Below are positions 39,641 through 48,743 of a stretch of 64,000 nt of DNA, in pieces. Origin of the DNA: Bacteriovoracaceae bacterium. Its GTDB lineage: Bacteria; Bdellovibrionota; Bacteriovoracia; Bacteriovoracales; Bacteriovoracaceae. Below the pieces are notes generated by a model. It ran no database searches and was not told the DNA's origin. It was given only the letters and a program-made list of their open reading frames with translations. A program made the translations under genes and the position numbers. Every line of letters begins with the position of its first letter. The first letter of the stretch is position 1. The stretch lies in NCBI GenBank assembly GCA_048270185.1, contig JBLWTJ010000003.1, positions 192,001 through 256,000 of the forward strand, in the 5' to 3' direction.

Positions 39641-41344
39641 ATGGGAATGGGCAAAGTCCGTCGCGCTAAAATTGTTGCGACTTTAGGTCCGTCATCAAAC
39701 ACTGTTGAAATGATCGAGAAATTGATCTTAGCAGGTGTTAACGTGACTCGAGTTAATATGAGTCATGGTACTCATGAATCTCATGCACAATTAATTTCAA
39801 ATATTCGCCAAGCTTCTAAAAATCTTAAGAGAGAAGTGGCAATTCTAATTGACCTACAAGGTCCAAAAATTAGAACAGATAAATTACCAAATGGATTACA
39901 GCTTAAAAATGGAGATACATGGGTTATTGGCCCATCTTCTAAACAAGCAGATTACCCAGAGTATAAAGATTGTTATATCCCAACGATTTATGAGCAGTTA
40001 GTTGACGATTGTCACGATGGTGCTCGTATCCTCTTTGATGATGGAAAGCTAATTGCAAAAGCAATTGAAAGAGATCGTGATGTTTATAAAATCGAAGTTA
40101 TTGTTGGGGGAGAGCTAAAGTCTAATAAAGGAATCAATCTTCCTGATTGTGAAGTTTCAGCTCCAGCATTTACTGAAAAAGACGAAGCAGACTTAATGTT
40201 TGCTCTAAAGCACAATATTGATTATATCGCGCTATCTTTTGTTCGTAAGAAAGAAGATATCATGACGGTAAAAGCACTTCTTCATAAACTTAAAGTGCGT
40301 GTGCCAATTATTTCTAAAATTGAAAAACCTCAGGCCCTTGATAATATCGATGAAATACTCGATGTAACAGATGTTATTATGGTTGCTCGTGGTGATATGG
40401 GAGTTGAAGTGGGTAACCACCTGGTTCCTTCAATTCAAAAAGAACTGATCCAGAAATGTAATGACCGTATGATTCCTGTTATTACAGCAACGCAGATGCT
40501 TGAGAGTATGACTGATGCACCAACTCCTACAAGAGCTGAGGCCAGTGATGTGGCCAATGCTATTTGGGATGGAACAGATGCGGTAATGCTATCTGGAGAA
40601 TCAGCTTCAGGCTCTTTTCCTGTTGAAGCAGTACAGATGATGAGTGATATTATTTTTGAAGCAGAGAAGACGCCAAAAGAGCGTCCACTGCTAAGAAATA
40701 TCGACCTTTCATCTGTTAATTCTTCTGTTATGGTTGCGGCTTCAATGATTGCAGAAAAGATTGGAGCTAAGAGAATTCTTGCGGCCACAGAAGGCGGAAA
40801 CTCTTGTCGTAAGGTTTCGATGTTTAGACCTAATACTCCTGTTGCTGGAGTTACTCATAATATCAGAACAGCTCGTCGAATCTGTCTTTACTGGGGTGTT
40901 TATCCTTATTTAGTAGAAGAAGAAGTTAAAGATACTGGTTCGTACGTAAAGTATATTGTTAAGCATGCTAAAGATAAGATGGGCCTCTTTAATGGTGATA
41001 AGGTTGTTATCACTTTAGGTGATGGAAAGATCTTTTCGAAAGGATATTCAAACTCTGTTAAGGTGGAGATTGTAAAAGAAGCTCCTCATAAGGATGAAAC
41101 AACAGGTGAACTTGAAGATACTTTTGAAATAGCAGAAGATAAAAAAAAAAGAATCTTACTAGATCATAATGTCTGTGCGACTTGCCAAAATTGTGTTGCG
41201 ATTTGTCCTCACGAGATTTGGACGGCCGATGCAAAGACAAAGCTTACAAAGATCAATCACGAACAGATTTCTTTTTGTACTCTCGATTATGAGTGTGTAA
41301 GAGTTTGTCCTACTGGTGCGATTGAGATAATCGATAAGGCTTAA
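39641..41344 (+). CDS. pyk: pyruvate kinase with C-terminal ferredoxin domain
   Basis: KIVATLGP, RVNMSHG, DLQGPKIR, SKIE, MVARGDMG, ATQMLESM, DAVMLSGE; C-terminal CATCQNCVAICP and CTLDYECVRVCP. Confidence 0.95.
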   Translation: MGMGKVRRAKIVATLGPSSNTVEMIEKLILAGVNVTRVNMSHGTHESHAQLISNIRQASKNLKREVAILIDLQGPKIRTDKLPNGLQLKNGDTWVIGPSSKQADYPEYKDCYIPTIYEQLVDDCHDGARILFDDGKLIAKAIERDRDVYKIEVIVGGELKSNKGINLPDCEVSAPAFTEKDEADLMFALKHNIDYIALSFVRKKEDIMTVKALLHKLKVRVPIISKIEKPQALDNIDEILDVTDVIMVARGDMGVEVGNHLVPSIQKELIQKCNDRMIPVITATQMLESMTDAPTPTRAEASDVANAIWDGTDAVMLSGESASGSFPVEAVQMMSDIIFEAEKTPKERPLLRNIDLSSVNSSVMVAASMIAEKIGAKRILAATEGGNSCRKVSMFRPNTPVAGVTHNIRTARRICLYWGVYPYLVEEEVKDTGSYVKYIVKHAKDKMGLFNGDKVVITLGDGKIFSKGYSNSVKVEIVKEAPHKDETTGELEDTFEIAEDKKKRILLDHNVCATCQNCVAICPHEIWTADAKTKLTKINHEQISFCTLDYECVRVCPTGAIEIIDKA

Positions 41345-41350
41345 TGGCCC

Positions 41351-42343
41351 ATGATTAGAAAAGACGATATTCAAAAAATTCTTAAAGGCCAGGGCCTTGA
41401 GGTTTGGGGTGTCGTCAAGGAATCCAAACCCAAATCAATTAGTAATTTTAAAGCATGGCTAAAAGACGGTCTCTATGGAGCTTTAGGCTATCTTGCGGAT
41501 GATCGTGCTGTTAAAAGAGAAGACTTAAAGAATTACTATCCTGATATCAAATCTACTTTAGTTATTGCATTTGATTATTCTCATATTGCTCGAAGTGCAA
41601 AGAAATTCTATGCCAGTGGTGAATCCAACGGCCTAAAGATTGCTAATTATGTCGTTGGTTTTAAGGGACGTGATTATCACTATGAAGTAAGAGATAAGTT
41701 GCAACGTATTGGGGAGGCCCTAAAAGAGTTAGACCCAAGCCTTGAGTTTAAATTCTCTCTTGATACGCAGCCTATTTTGGAGCGTGACTTTGCTTATCAG
41801 TCAGGCCTTGGTTGGTATGGCAAGAATTCCATGCTCATTAATCGCCACATTGGAAGCTACTTTATCATCGGGTCTTTGTTACTTAATAAAGAAATCCAAG
41901 CACCAAATGAAATATTTGAAACAGATCACTGCGGTCAATGTACTCGTTGCGCAGACGCTTGTCCGACTGATGCTATTGATTTAGAGAAACGAACAATTAT
42001 TGCAGATAAATGTATTTCTACTTTTACCATTGAACATTTTAAAGATATTGAGGCCCCTAAAGGTTTTGAAAAGGCAAATGGTGAAATCTTTGGTTGTGAT
42101 ATTTGCCAGGATGTTTGTCCCTGGAATGCAAGACTTGAGAGGAAGCTTGAAGCCGACGGCCTTGCTTTTAAAGAAAATGGAAAGCAATTTATCGACTTCT
42201 ATCTGATGCGGCCAATTGAAAAGATCATTAGTGATCTCGAAGAAATGAGTAATCGAGAGTATCGCCGAATTTTTAAAGGCACGCCACTTGAGCGAACAGG
42301 TCGTGTGGGAATGCTTAAAAATCTTAAAGCGACTTTAGAGTAA
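41351..42343 (+). CDS. queG: tRNA epoxyqueuosine reductase
   Basis: GRDYH, DTQPILER, GWYGKN, CGQCTRCADACPT, FGCDICQDVCPWN. Confidence 0.94.
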   Translation: MIRKDDIQKILKGQGLEVWGVVKESKPKSISNFKAWLKDGLYGALGYLADDRAVKREDLKNYYPDIKSTLVIAFDYSHIARSAKKFYASGESNGLKIANYVVGFKGRDYHYEVRDKLQRIGEALKELDPSLEFKFSLDTQPILERDFAYQSGLGWYGKNSMLINRHIGSYFIIGSLLLNKEIQAPNEIFETDHCGQCTRCADACPTDAIDLEKRTIIADKCISTFTIEHFKDIEAPKGFEKANGEIFGCDICQDVCPWNARLERKLEADGLAFKENGKQFIDFYLMRPIEKIISDLEEMSNREYRRIFKGTPLERTGRVGMLKNLKATLE

Positions 42344-43126
42344 GCCTATCTTTTTAGCGTATTTCTTTACAAAGCTTCCGGCCATATCGGGAAGGTGATG
42401 ACCTAGTTTTTTAGGCTTATCCATTGTGACTTCATTGCCAAGATCAACTAAGAGCTTTGTAAAATTCTCCATCCCTTCTTTTCCAACTACTACATCATCT
42501 TCACCTGAGATGAGGTGAATTGTTTTTCCACTAAGGCTTAGGTGGTATTTCTGGTCCTTAATCCATGGAAACATAATCTCTGGGGCCAGATGTTTTGAAA
42601 CCATTTCGGCGCGGGCCTTAACTGTTGCTTGATAAAATGGAGTATCAAAAACGTGTGTGACTCCTTGTGGAGGAACGCCAAATCCTACACCACAGTGATA
42701 GGCTTCATATCCATCAAAGATTCCATTTTGAAGGGCGAGAATTGATGTCAGGGCCCCAAGAGAGTGTCCTCCAATAAGGATACGCTTTTGTTGATTAGGG
42801 TAGATTTTCTTTAATTCAATTAGCGCTTGCTCAAAGAGAAGCGGGGCGTCGTTTTTGAAGTCTTCAAATGAAGCGACTTCGTGAAAAGATCCAGTGAAAT
42901 GACCTGGTTGGTCAAAAATTAAAGTCGGGATTCCATCGTCGCAAAGCTTTTGGGCCCATGAAAAAATACTGCCCTTATGAGATGTATAACCATGTGTGAA
43001 AATTGCGTAACCATTATCCTTAAGCTTTGATTGCGGTGGCCTAAAGAGGAGAGCATTAACTTTGGTTTCATTTACAGTTAAAATAATTTTATCGATACTT
43101 AAAAACTTTTCATTCATAGTAGTCAT
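42335..43126 (-). CDS. alpha/beta hydrolase
   Basis: HGYTS, DQPGH, GHSLG nucleophile elbow, GEDD, GHH. Confidence 0.85.
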   Translation of the reverse strand: MTTMNEKFLSIDKIILTVNETKVNALLFRPPQSKLKDNGYAIFTHGYTSHKGSIFSWAQKLCDDGIPTLIFDQPGHFTGSFHEVASFEDFKNDAPLLFEQALIELKKIYPNQQKRILIGGHSLGALTSILALQNGIFDGYEAYHCGVGFGVPPQGVTHVFDTPFYQATVKARAEMVSKHLAPEIMFPWIKDQKYHLSLSGKTIHLISGEDDVVVGKEGMENFTKLLVDLGNEVTMDKPKKLGHHLPDMAGSFVKKYAKKIGLL

Positions 43127-43176
43127 AATAATTAAAGATATCTCAAATTAAAATTAAAAAACTTTTTAATTTTCTA

Positions 43177-43205
43177 TTGACGAAGAAGGGATAAACCATT
43201 AATTT
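43177..43205 (+). promoter_or_regulatory. sigma70-like promoter of tRNA-Phe
   Basis: TTGACG-N17-TAATTT. Confidence 0.55.
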
Positions 43206-43225
43206 ACTTAAACCAAATCATTTAT

Positions 43226-43301
43226 GCCCTGATAGCTCAGTTGGTAGAGCAAAGGACTGAAAATCCTTGTGTCCGTGGTTCGAATCCGCGTCGGGGCACC
43301 A
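43226..43301 (+). tRNA. tRNA-Phe(GAA)
   Basis: 76-nt cloverleaf; anticodon loop ctGAAaa, TTCGAAT, encoded CCA. Confidence 0.97.
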
Positions 43302-43336
43302 TAAAAAGCCGAAGTTAACCCACTTCGGCTTTTTAT
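43302..43336 (+). terminator. terminator after tRNA-Phe
   Basis: aaaaagccgaagt-taaccc-acttcggcttttt. Confidence 0.85.
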
Positions 43337-43439
43337 TGCCTAAATTCCAAATTCGAAAAATCTCCCACGACTTCACTATACAACTTTCAAATAAAATCAA
43401 CCTTCGCTATCAAACTCTATTATTCAATATGGAGCTGAG

Positions 43440-43952
43440 ATGGAAATTCAATTAGAACAAATTCAAAATATGATCTATGTGATTCGAGGACATAAAGTGA
43501 TGCTTGATAGTGACCTTGCAAAACTTTATGGAGTTGAAACCAAAAGACTAAATGAGCAAGTGAGAAGGAATTTGGATCGATTCCCTGAAGACTTTATGTT
43601 CCAGTTAAGTTCAGAAGAGTATGATTTTTTGAAGTCGCAAATTGCGACTTCAAAAGTAGGGAGGGGAGGAAAGCAGAAGAAACCTTTTGTTTTTACTGAA
43701 AATGGTGTCGCGATGCTTTCAAGTGTTTTAAAGAGTAAGCAAGCAGTTCAGGTTAATATCGCAATAATGAGGATTTTTACTAAGTTAAGGAGCTTTCTAC
43801 TTATGGAGCAGGAAAATAGTAAAAAGATTGACTCAATTGCGAAAGGTACTAATCAATTATTTAAAGTAGTTTTTGAAAGACTTGATAATTTAGAAGAAAG
43901 ATTACCTTCTCTCAATGATACCCGAAGAAAAATTGGACTAAATCAAAAATAA
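43440..43952 (+). CDS. ORF6N domain DNA-binding protein
   Basis: IRGHKVMLDSDLAKLYGVETKRLNEQVRRNLDRFPEDFMFQL, FTENGVAMLSSVL, RRKIG. Confidence 0.92.
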   Translation: MEIQLEQIQNMIYVIRGHKVMLDSDLAKLYGVETKRLNEQVRRNLDRFPEDFMFQLSSEEYDFLKSQIATSKVGRGGKQKKPFVFTENGVAMLSSVLKSKQAVQVNIAIMRIFTKLRSFLLMEQENSKKIDSIAKGTNQLFKVVFERLDNLEERLPSLNDTRRKIGLNQK

Positions 43953-43977
43953 TAACTCAGTTGTTTTTGATATATTC

Positions 43978-44020
43978 AAGGTGCTTTTCATTGACATAAA
44001 GGTAACGAAAAGCACCTTTT
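43978..44020. terminator. hairpin/terminator between convergent genes
   Basis: aaggtgcttttc ... gaaaagcacctt, a 12-bp stem. Confidence 0.7.
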
Positions 44021-44027
44021 ATTAAAG

Positions 44028-45989
44028 CTACGCTAATACGATTTTTATTTTCTTCATTCGGCCTTCACCGATTGAGACTGTTTTAACTTCCTTGTGCTTA
44101 TCAAGGTGTTGATGAACAAGCCTGCGATCTGAAGCATTTAATGCTTTAAGTGTTACTGGCTCGCGAGTGTCTAGAACTTTGGCCGTTTCACGCTCAACCA
44201 TCTTAATAAGACTATCTTCCTGATTCTTTAAACCCTTACACTTAAAACTTAGTCTAACTTCTCGAGGAATATCAGCACTATTGTAAAGGTGAAGCCTTGT
44301 CAGGTGCTCGATAGCTTGGAGTAGTTCATTATTATCTCTTGTTAACAGCTTCTCATCTTTTCCAGAAAAGAAGATTTTTATATCTTTTCCATTAAATGAG
44401 AATTTAGCAAATAGACTTAAATTCGCCTTTTTTATTAGCTCAATTAAGAATGGCATCACAAGCTTCTTATACGTTGGCCTAAGACTAAAAGTGAACTTAG
44501 TAAGTCTCTTTCCAAATAAGAAGAACTTCTTACGTCCTTCTTGTGATTCATCAAGGCTTAGTTGAGAGTCATACTTTATCTTAAAGAATTCAAGAGCAGC
44601 TTTCTTCGCACTTTCTTGAGAGTCTGCTTGAATAGTAAAGGTCGGTGCACTTGATTTCTTTTCTATTTCTTTAACTGGTTTTTGTACCGTTTGACTACTG
44701 ATTGGCCTTTCAACTTTTTTACGAGTTTTTTTGCGTTGAGGCTTCTTGCGCTTGTCTTTTTCCTCTTGTGTAAGTGGCTTACCAGTTGTTCTATCGACGA
44801 CTTTAAAAGTTTTACGATCAATGAATGGCTTCTTTGATAGCTGCTTAGAAATATCTTCTGGGCCAACTTCAAATTTTGGAATTTTATCACCAATAAATTC
44901 TTGAATAGGGTCTAGGTATTCACAGTCATCAAATGAACAAAAGCTTATTGCTTCACCTTCTGAACCTGCACGACCTGTTCGACCGATGCGATGAACATAG
45001 TTTGCAGCATCTTGTGGAAGATCGTAATTGATAACAAGATTAACATCTTTAATGTCGAGTCCTCGTGCTGCAACATCTGTACAAACAAGGATTGTCGTTT
45101 CTTTCGATCTAAAATCTTTGATTAGCTTTGTTCTCTTACTTTGAGAGAGACCGCCTGAAATTGCCTTTGCTTTAAAATCCATTGCAATAAGCCATTCAGC
45201 AACTAAGTGTGTTTGAAATTTTGTATTACAGAAGACTAGGGCGTATGCATCTTCATGGTTACGGATGAGGTTAACAAGAAGGCCCATCTTTTCATTCTCA
45301 TTAATCATCGCTAACTTGTGATCGATGTGATCAACAACCATGTTGTCTTCATTTAGCTTGAGCTCAATTGGTGTTGAGTTGAACTTGTAGGCCGTGTTTA
45401 AAACGGCCATATTAGTCGTTGCCGAGACCATGATTAATTGCCTGTCATCTGGCATTTGACCAAGTGTATACTCAATATCCTTTTGGAAGCCCATATCAAA
45501 TAAGCGGTCAGCTTCATCAAAGACGATTCCGTATGAGCGATCAATGTAGACGGCCTTTTGCTTAAGTAGGTCGACTAAGCGGCCAGGGGTTGCAATAATG
45601 ATATGAACACCCTTATTGATTTCCTCTTTTTGCTTTTCGAGGCTTTCACCACCAATAACGCAAATGGTTTTAATTCCTGAATCACTACCTAGGTCTTTAA
45701 AGACCTTTGCCGTTTGTTGTGCTAATTCTCTGGTCGGAGATAGGACAACGTAGTGAACCTCATCTACTTTAACGAGGTCATCATGAATGATATGTTCGAT
45801 TATTGGGATGGCAAATGACGCAGTCTTTCCTGAACCTGTTTCAGCAAGAGCGAGGATGTCTTTACCTTCTAAGATTGGATCAATTGTTAGTTCTTGGATG
45901 GCGCTTGCTGTTTCGAAGCCACATTTTTTAATGGATTCAAGGAGGCCTGCGCTTAAATTAAAGTCTTCAAATGGTATATTATTTGTCAT
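44028..45989 (-). CDS. DEAD-box RNA helicase fused to a C-terminal Jag_N-KH-R3H module
   Basis: AETGSGKT, PTRELA, TPGRL, DEAD, SAT, ARGLD, HRIGRTGR; C-terminal EGRKKFFLFG and LNASDRRLVH...TVSIGEG. Confidence 0.92.
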   Translation of the reverse strand: MTNNIPFEDFNLSAGLLESIKKCGFETASAIQELTIDPILEGKDILALAETGSGKTASFAIPIIEHIIHDDLVKVDEVHYVVLSPTRELAQQTAKVFKDLGSDSGIKTICVIGGESLEKQKEEINKGVHIIIATPGRLVDLLKQKAVYIDRSYGIVFDEADRLFDMGFQKDIEYTLGQMPDDRQLIMVSATTNMAVLNTAYKFNSTPIELKLNEDNMVVDHIDHKLAMINENEKMGLLVNLIRNHEDAYALVFCNTKFQTHLVAEWLIAMDFKAKAISGGLSQSKRTKLIKDFRSKETTILVCTDVAARGLDIKDVNLVINYDLPQDAANYVHRIGRTGRAGSEGEAISFCSFDDCEYLDPIQEFIGDKIPKFEVGPEDISKQLSKKPFIDRKTFKVVDRTTGKPLTQEEKDKRKKPQRKKTRKKVERPISSQTVQKPVKEIEKKSSAPTFTIQADSQESAKKAALEFFKIKYDSQLSLDESQEGRKKFFLFGKRLTKFTFSLRPTYKKLVMPFLIELIKKANLSLFAKFSFNGKDIKIFFSGKDEKLLTRDNNELLQAIEHLTRLHLYNSADIPREVRLSFKCKGLKNQEDSLIKMVERETAKVLDTREPVTLKALNASDRRLVHQHLDKHKEVKTVSIGEGRMKKIKIVLA

Positions 45990-46131
45990 AGCAATGAATA
46001 TACGTTAAACGACACACTTATCTAAGTAATTTCTTAATTTTAATTATATTAAATACATTTAAGTGCTTATTATTGAGAAAAACATGAACTTGACTCAAAA
46101 TTGAAAGAATATTTTTGTAAGTAGGTAGGTT

Positions 46132-47157
46132 ATGAGTAAGAAAGTAAAGATTTTTGTCGCAGAACAATATGATCCATATTTTAATCTCGCCACAGAGAAT
46201 TGGATTTTCAATGATATGGACACGGATTCTCACGTTCTCTTTCTTTGGCAAAATGACGAGACGGTCGTCATTGGTAAGCACCAGAACCCATGGACTGAAT
46301 GTATTACGAGTAAGATGGAAGAAGATGGGGTGAAGCTTGCCAGACGTCAAAGTGGTGGAGGGGCCGTTTTCCATGATCTTGGTAATACGAATTTTACATT
46401 TATGTCTTCAAAAGAGTCTTATGATAAAGACGCCAATAACAAGATCATTACAAATGCTTTGAAAGTATTTGGAGTGGACGCCTTTCCAAATGGACGAAAT
46501 GATATTGAAGTCAAAATTGCACAAGAAGAAGGTTCAAGAAAGATTTCTGGTTCGGCCTTTAAAGTGAAAAGAGATCGAAGCTTCCACCACGGAACCCTGC
46601 TTATCAATGCTGATTTAAGTAAACTTGCTAATTACTTAAATCCGAATAAGAAGAAATTAGAATCAAAAGGGATTAAGTCGGCACGTGCTCGAGTTGTTAA
46701 TCTTTGTGAGCTTAATTCAGAAATCAATCATGAAAGTCTCTCAAAAGCGATTATTGAAGAATTCTGTCGTTTCTATAATGCGAGCTCAGAAGTTGAAGTT
46801 CTAAACTACGACTTCTTAAAATCAGTTCCAAAAGTAAATGAGTACTATGAGGAATTAAAGGATTGGAATTGGCTTTACGGTAAAACACCAAAATTCAATC
46901 ATCAATTTGATGAGCGCTTTACTTGGGGTGGTGTTGAAGTTCATCTCAACTCTAATAAGGGTTTAATTGAGGAAGTAACAATCTTTAGTGATTGTTTGCA
47001 CCCGCCACTGATTGAATCATTTGCAGAAACATTAAAAGGTATTGCTTATAATGCGGATGCCGTAAAAGAATCCTTGATTAATCTTAAAAATGAGTTTCAA
47101 GATCATCATAGTGAAGTGGACGACTTTACGAAGTGGCTATTATCAAATATCCGATAA
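46132..47157 (+). CDS. lplA: lipoate-protein ligase A
   Basis: DPYFNLA.E, VVIGKHQNPW, RRQSGGGAVFHDLGN, KISGSA, HHGTLL, WLYGKTP. Confidence 0.95.
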   Translation: MSKKVKIFVAEQYDPYFNLATENWIFNDMDTDSHVLFLWQNDETVVIGKHQNPWTECITSKMEEDGVKLARRQSGGGAVFHDLGNTNFTFMSSKESYDKDANNKIITNALKVFGVDAFPNGRNDIEVKIAQEEGSRKISGSAFKVKRDRSFHHGTLLINADLSKLANYLNPNKKKLESKGIKSARARVVNLCELNSEINHESLSKAIIEEFCRFYNASSEVEVLNYDFLKSVPKVNEYYEELKDWNWLYGKTPKFNHQFDERFTWGGVEVHLNSNKGLIEEVTIFSDCLHPPLIESFAETLKGIAYNADAVKESLINLKNEFQDHHSEVDDFTKWLLSNIR

Positions 47158-48456
47158 GATTTTAGATAGTGCATCTTGGCAGCTAGAAGCAGGCCTTAGA
47201 AATTCTATGGCCTTTTCTAGAATTTCCTTTGTTCGATAGTTAATAAGTCCATAATCTCCCTTAAGCTTTTCAATATTTTTTGAGACTTCTTCTGATTCAG
47301 TTGTATTTGAAAGCAGTCTTTGCATATTGTCGGAGATAATATTAGAGATATCGTCTTCAAGCTCTTCATCAAGGCCAATTTCATTCATCTTTTTATAGAG
47401 AAGCATGAAGGTTTCAAGGTCATAGATATTAGAGACGACCTTTTCAGAGAATTGAGAAAAGTAATATGGTGAAAACTTACCGAGATTATTTAATAGTAAT
47501 TCCAATTCTTGCTCCTTAATCTTTCCGGCAGGAAATTTGGCAAGATGATTGGTAACAAAGTCTTTTTGTAACATGGTATAGAAAGACAACATATGCTTTG
47601 AGTTTATTTCTTTGTAAACCTCAAGAATTTCACGATGATCGACTAATTCACTTAATTTTAATTTTATTCTTTCAAGCTCAAGGTTATCGAGTCCTGTTTG
47701 TTTACTTCTTTCTTCAGAAATAACTTCATTCAATTCATTTAACAGATTACTTTCATACTCAGAGATATCGCGCTTACTATTTGTAAAGAAGTGAGGTGTA
47801 AAGAGAGTTGGAGAAGAGGGAAGCCTTGCTAGTTGATGGCCTTCTGACCAATCAAGTAAGAACCACTTCTGTTTTGTATTTGAATAAACAAGTTGTTCGA
47901 CATGAAAGTCACCAATGGATTGATAGATAGCACTTTGTCTTGCAAAGTCGATGAGTGAGCTTTCAATTTGAAGCTTTTGAATATCTGTAAAAGTCTCATG
48001 ATTATCTAAGAAGCCTTTTAAATCAAAGTCATTTTCTATGAGATCCACAAGAAGGTAGGAGCTTTCTTGATATGCGTGAATGGTTGGAATTGGAAGCTTA
48101 ATCTCTTCTAGTTCTCGGTAACCATTATAAGAATAGTTGATGAATTTCTTGCCATCAAAGATCGTATAGTTCTTTTCTTGATTACCATGAGGAAGCCTAA
48201 GGGCCACATCCTTTTCTAATTCATTATCGTACACTTTTAGAATGAGTGTGGTATTTCCACTTCCTAAAATCTCTTTATAAGTGACGCTCTTGTCTTTTAG
48301 GTGAATTTTCTCTCCTGCTTCTAAGTCTCCTGAGAAGATACTTTGGGAAAAGTTATCATTGAAGTTTTCCTGTGCATTATAGAGGTAGAGATCAGCAGAA
48401 CTGACCGAGAAATTTGCGAGGCAAAGGATGAATAGAGTAAAGAGAAATTTAATCAT
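47143..48456 (-). CDS. secreted protein with a protein-kinase-like domain
   Basis: Signal peptide MIKFLFTLFILCLANFSVSSA; ILGSGNTT, VALRLP, GDFHVEQL, FLLDW. Confidence 0.6.
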   Translation of the reverse strand: MIKFLFTLFILCLANFSVSSADLYLYNAQENFNDNFSQSIFSGDLEAGEKIHLKDKSVTYKEILGSGNTTLILKVYDNELEKDVALRLPHGNQEKNYTIFDGKKFINYSYNGYRELEEIKLPIPTIHAYQESSYLLVDLIENDFDLKGFLDNHETFTDIQKLQIESSLIDFARQSAIYQSIGDFHVEQLVYSNTKQKWFLLDWSEGHQLARLPSSPTLFTPHFFTNSKRDISEYESNLLNELNEVISEERSKQTGLDNLELERIKLKLSELVDHREILEVYKEINSKHMLSFYTMLQKDFVTNHLAKFPAGKIKEQELELLLNNLGKFSPYYFSQFSEKVVSNIYDLETFMLLYKKMNEIGLDEELEDDISNIISDNMQRLLSNTTESEEVSKNIEKLKGDYGLINYRTKEILEKAIEFLRPASSCQDALSKILSDI

Positions 48457-48468
48457 TTCAGATATATA

Positions 48469-48484
48469 TGCATCTGTTATGCCA
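48469..48484 (-). promoter_or_regulatory. sigma54-like promoter
   Basis: Minus strand TGGCAT-aacag-ATGCA with correct GG-N10-GC spacing. Confidence 0.5.
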
Positions 48485-48743
48485 ATTCTCTCATGTGATT
48501 TCTTAACCTTAGAAGAGCTTTCGATGATAATTGTGACCATAGCTTAAACATATGTGAAGTATTAAATCACTACTCGTTCGATTATTTGATCAACGAATGT
48601 GAAAGGTGAAAGAGGGTTATTTGTGTATGAAATTGCATTAAAGATTTATGCTCTAAAGTTGAAATGAACCTCTTTCTTCATATGTCGCGCTGCTAAGCTA
48701 CTTTTTGGTAACTTTACTATTTTATGGTATATTGTCGCCCTCT

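Noticed and set aside
43218..43455. 60- and 62-aa ORFs near tRNA-Phe
   Set aside because: They overlap the tRNA and its terminator and are spurious.
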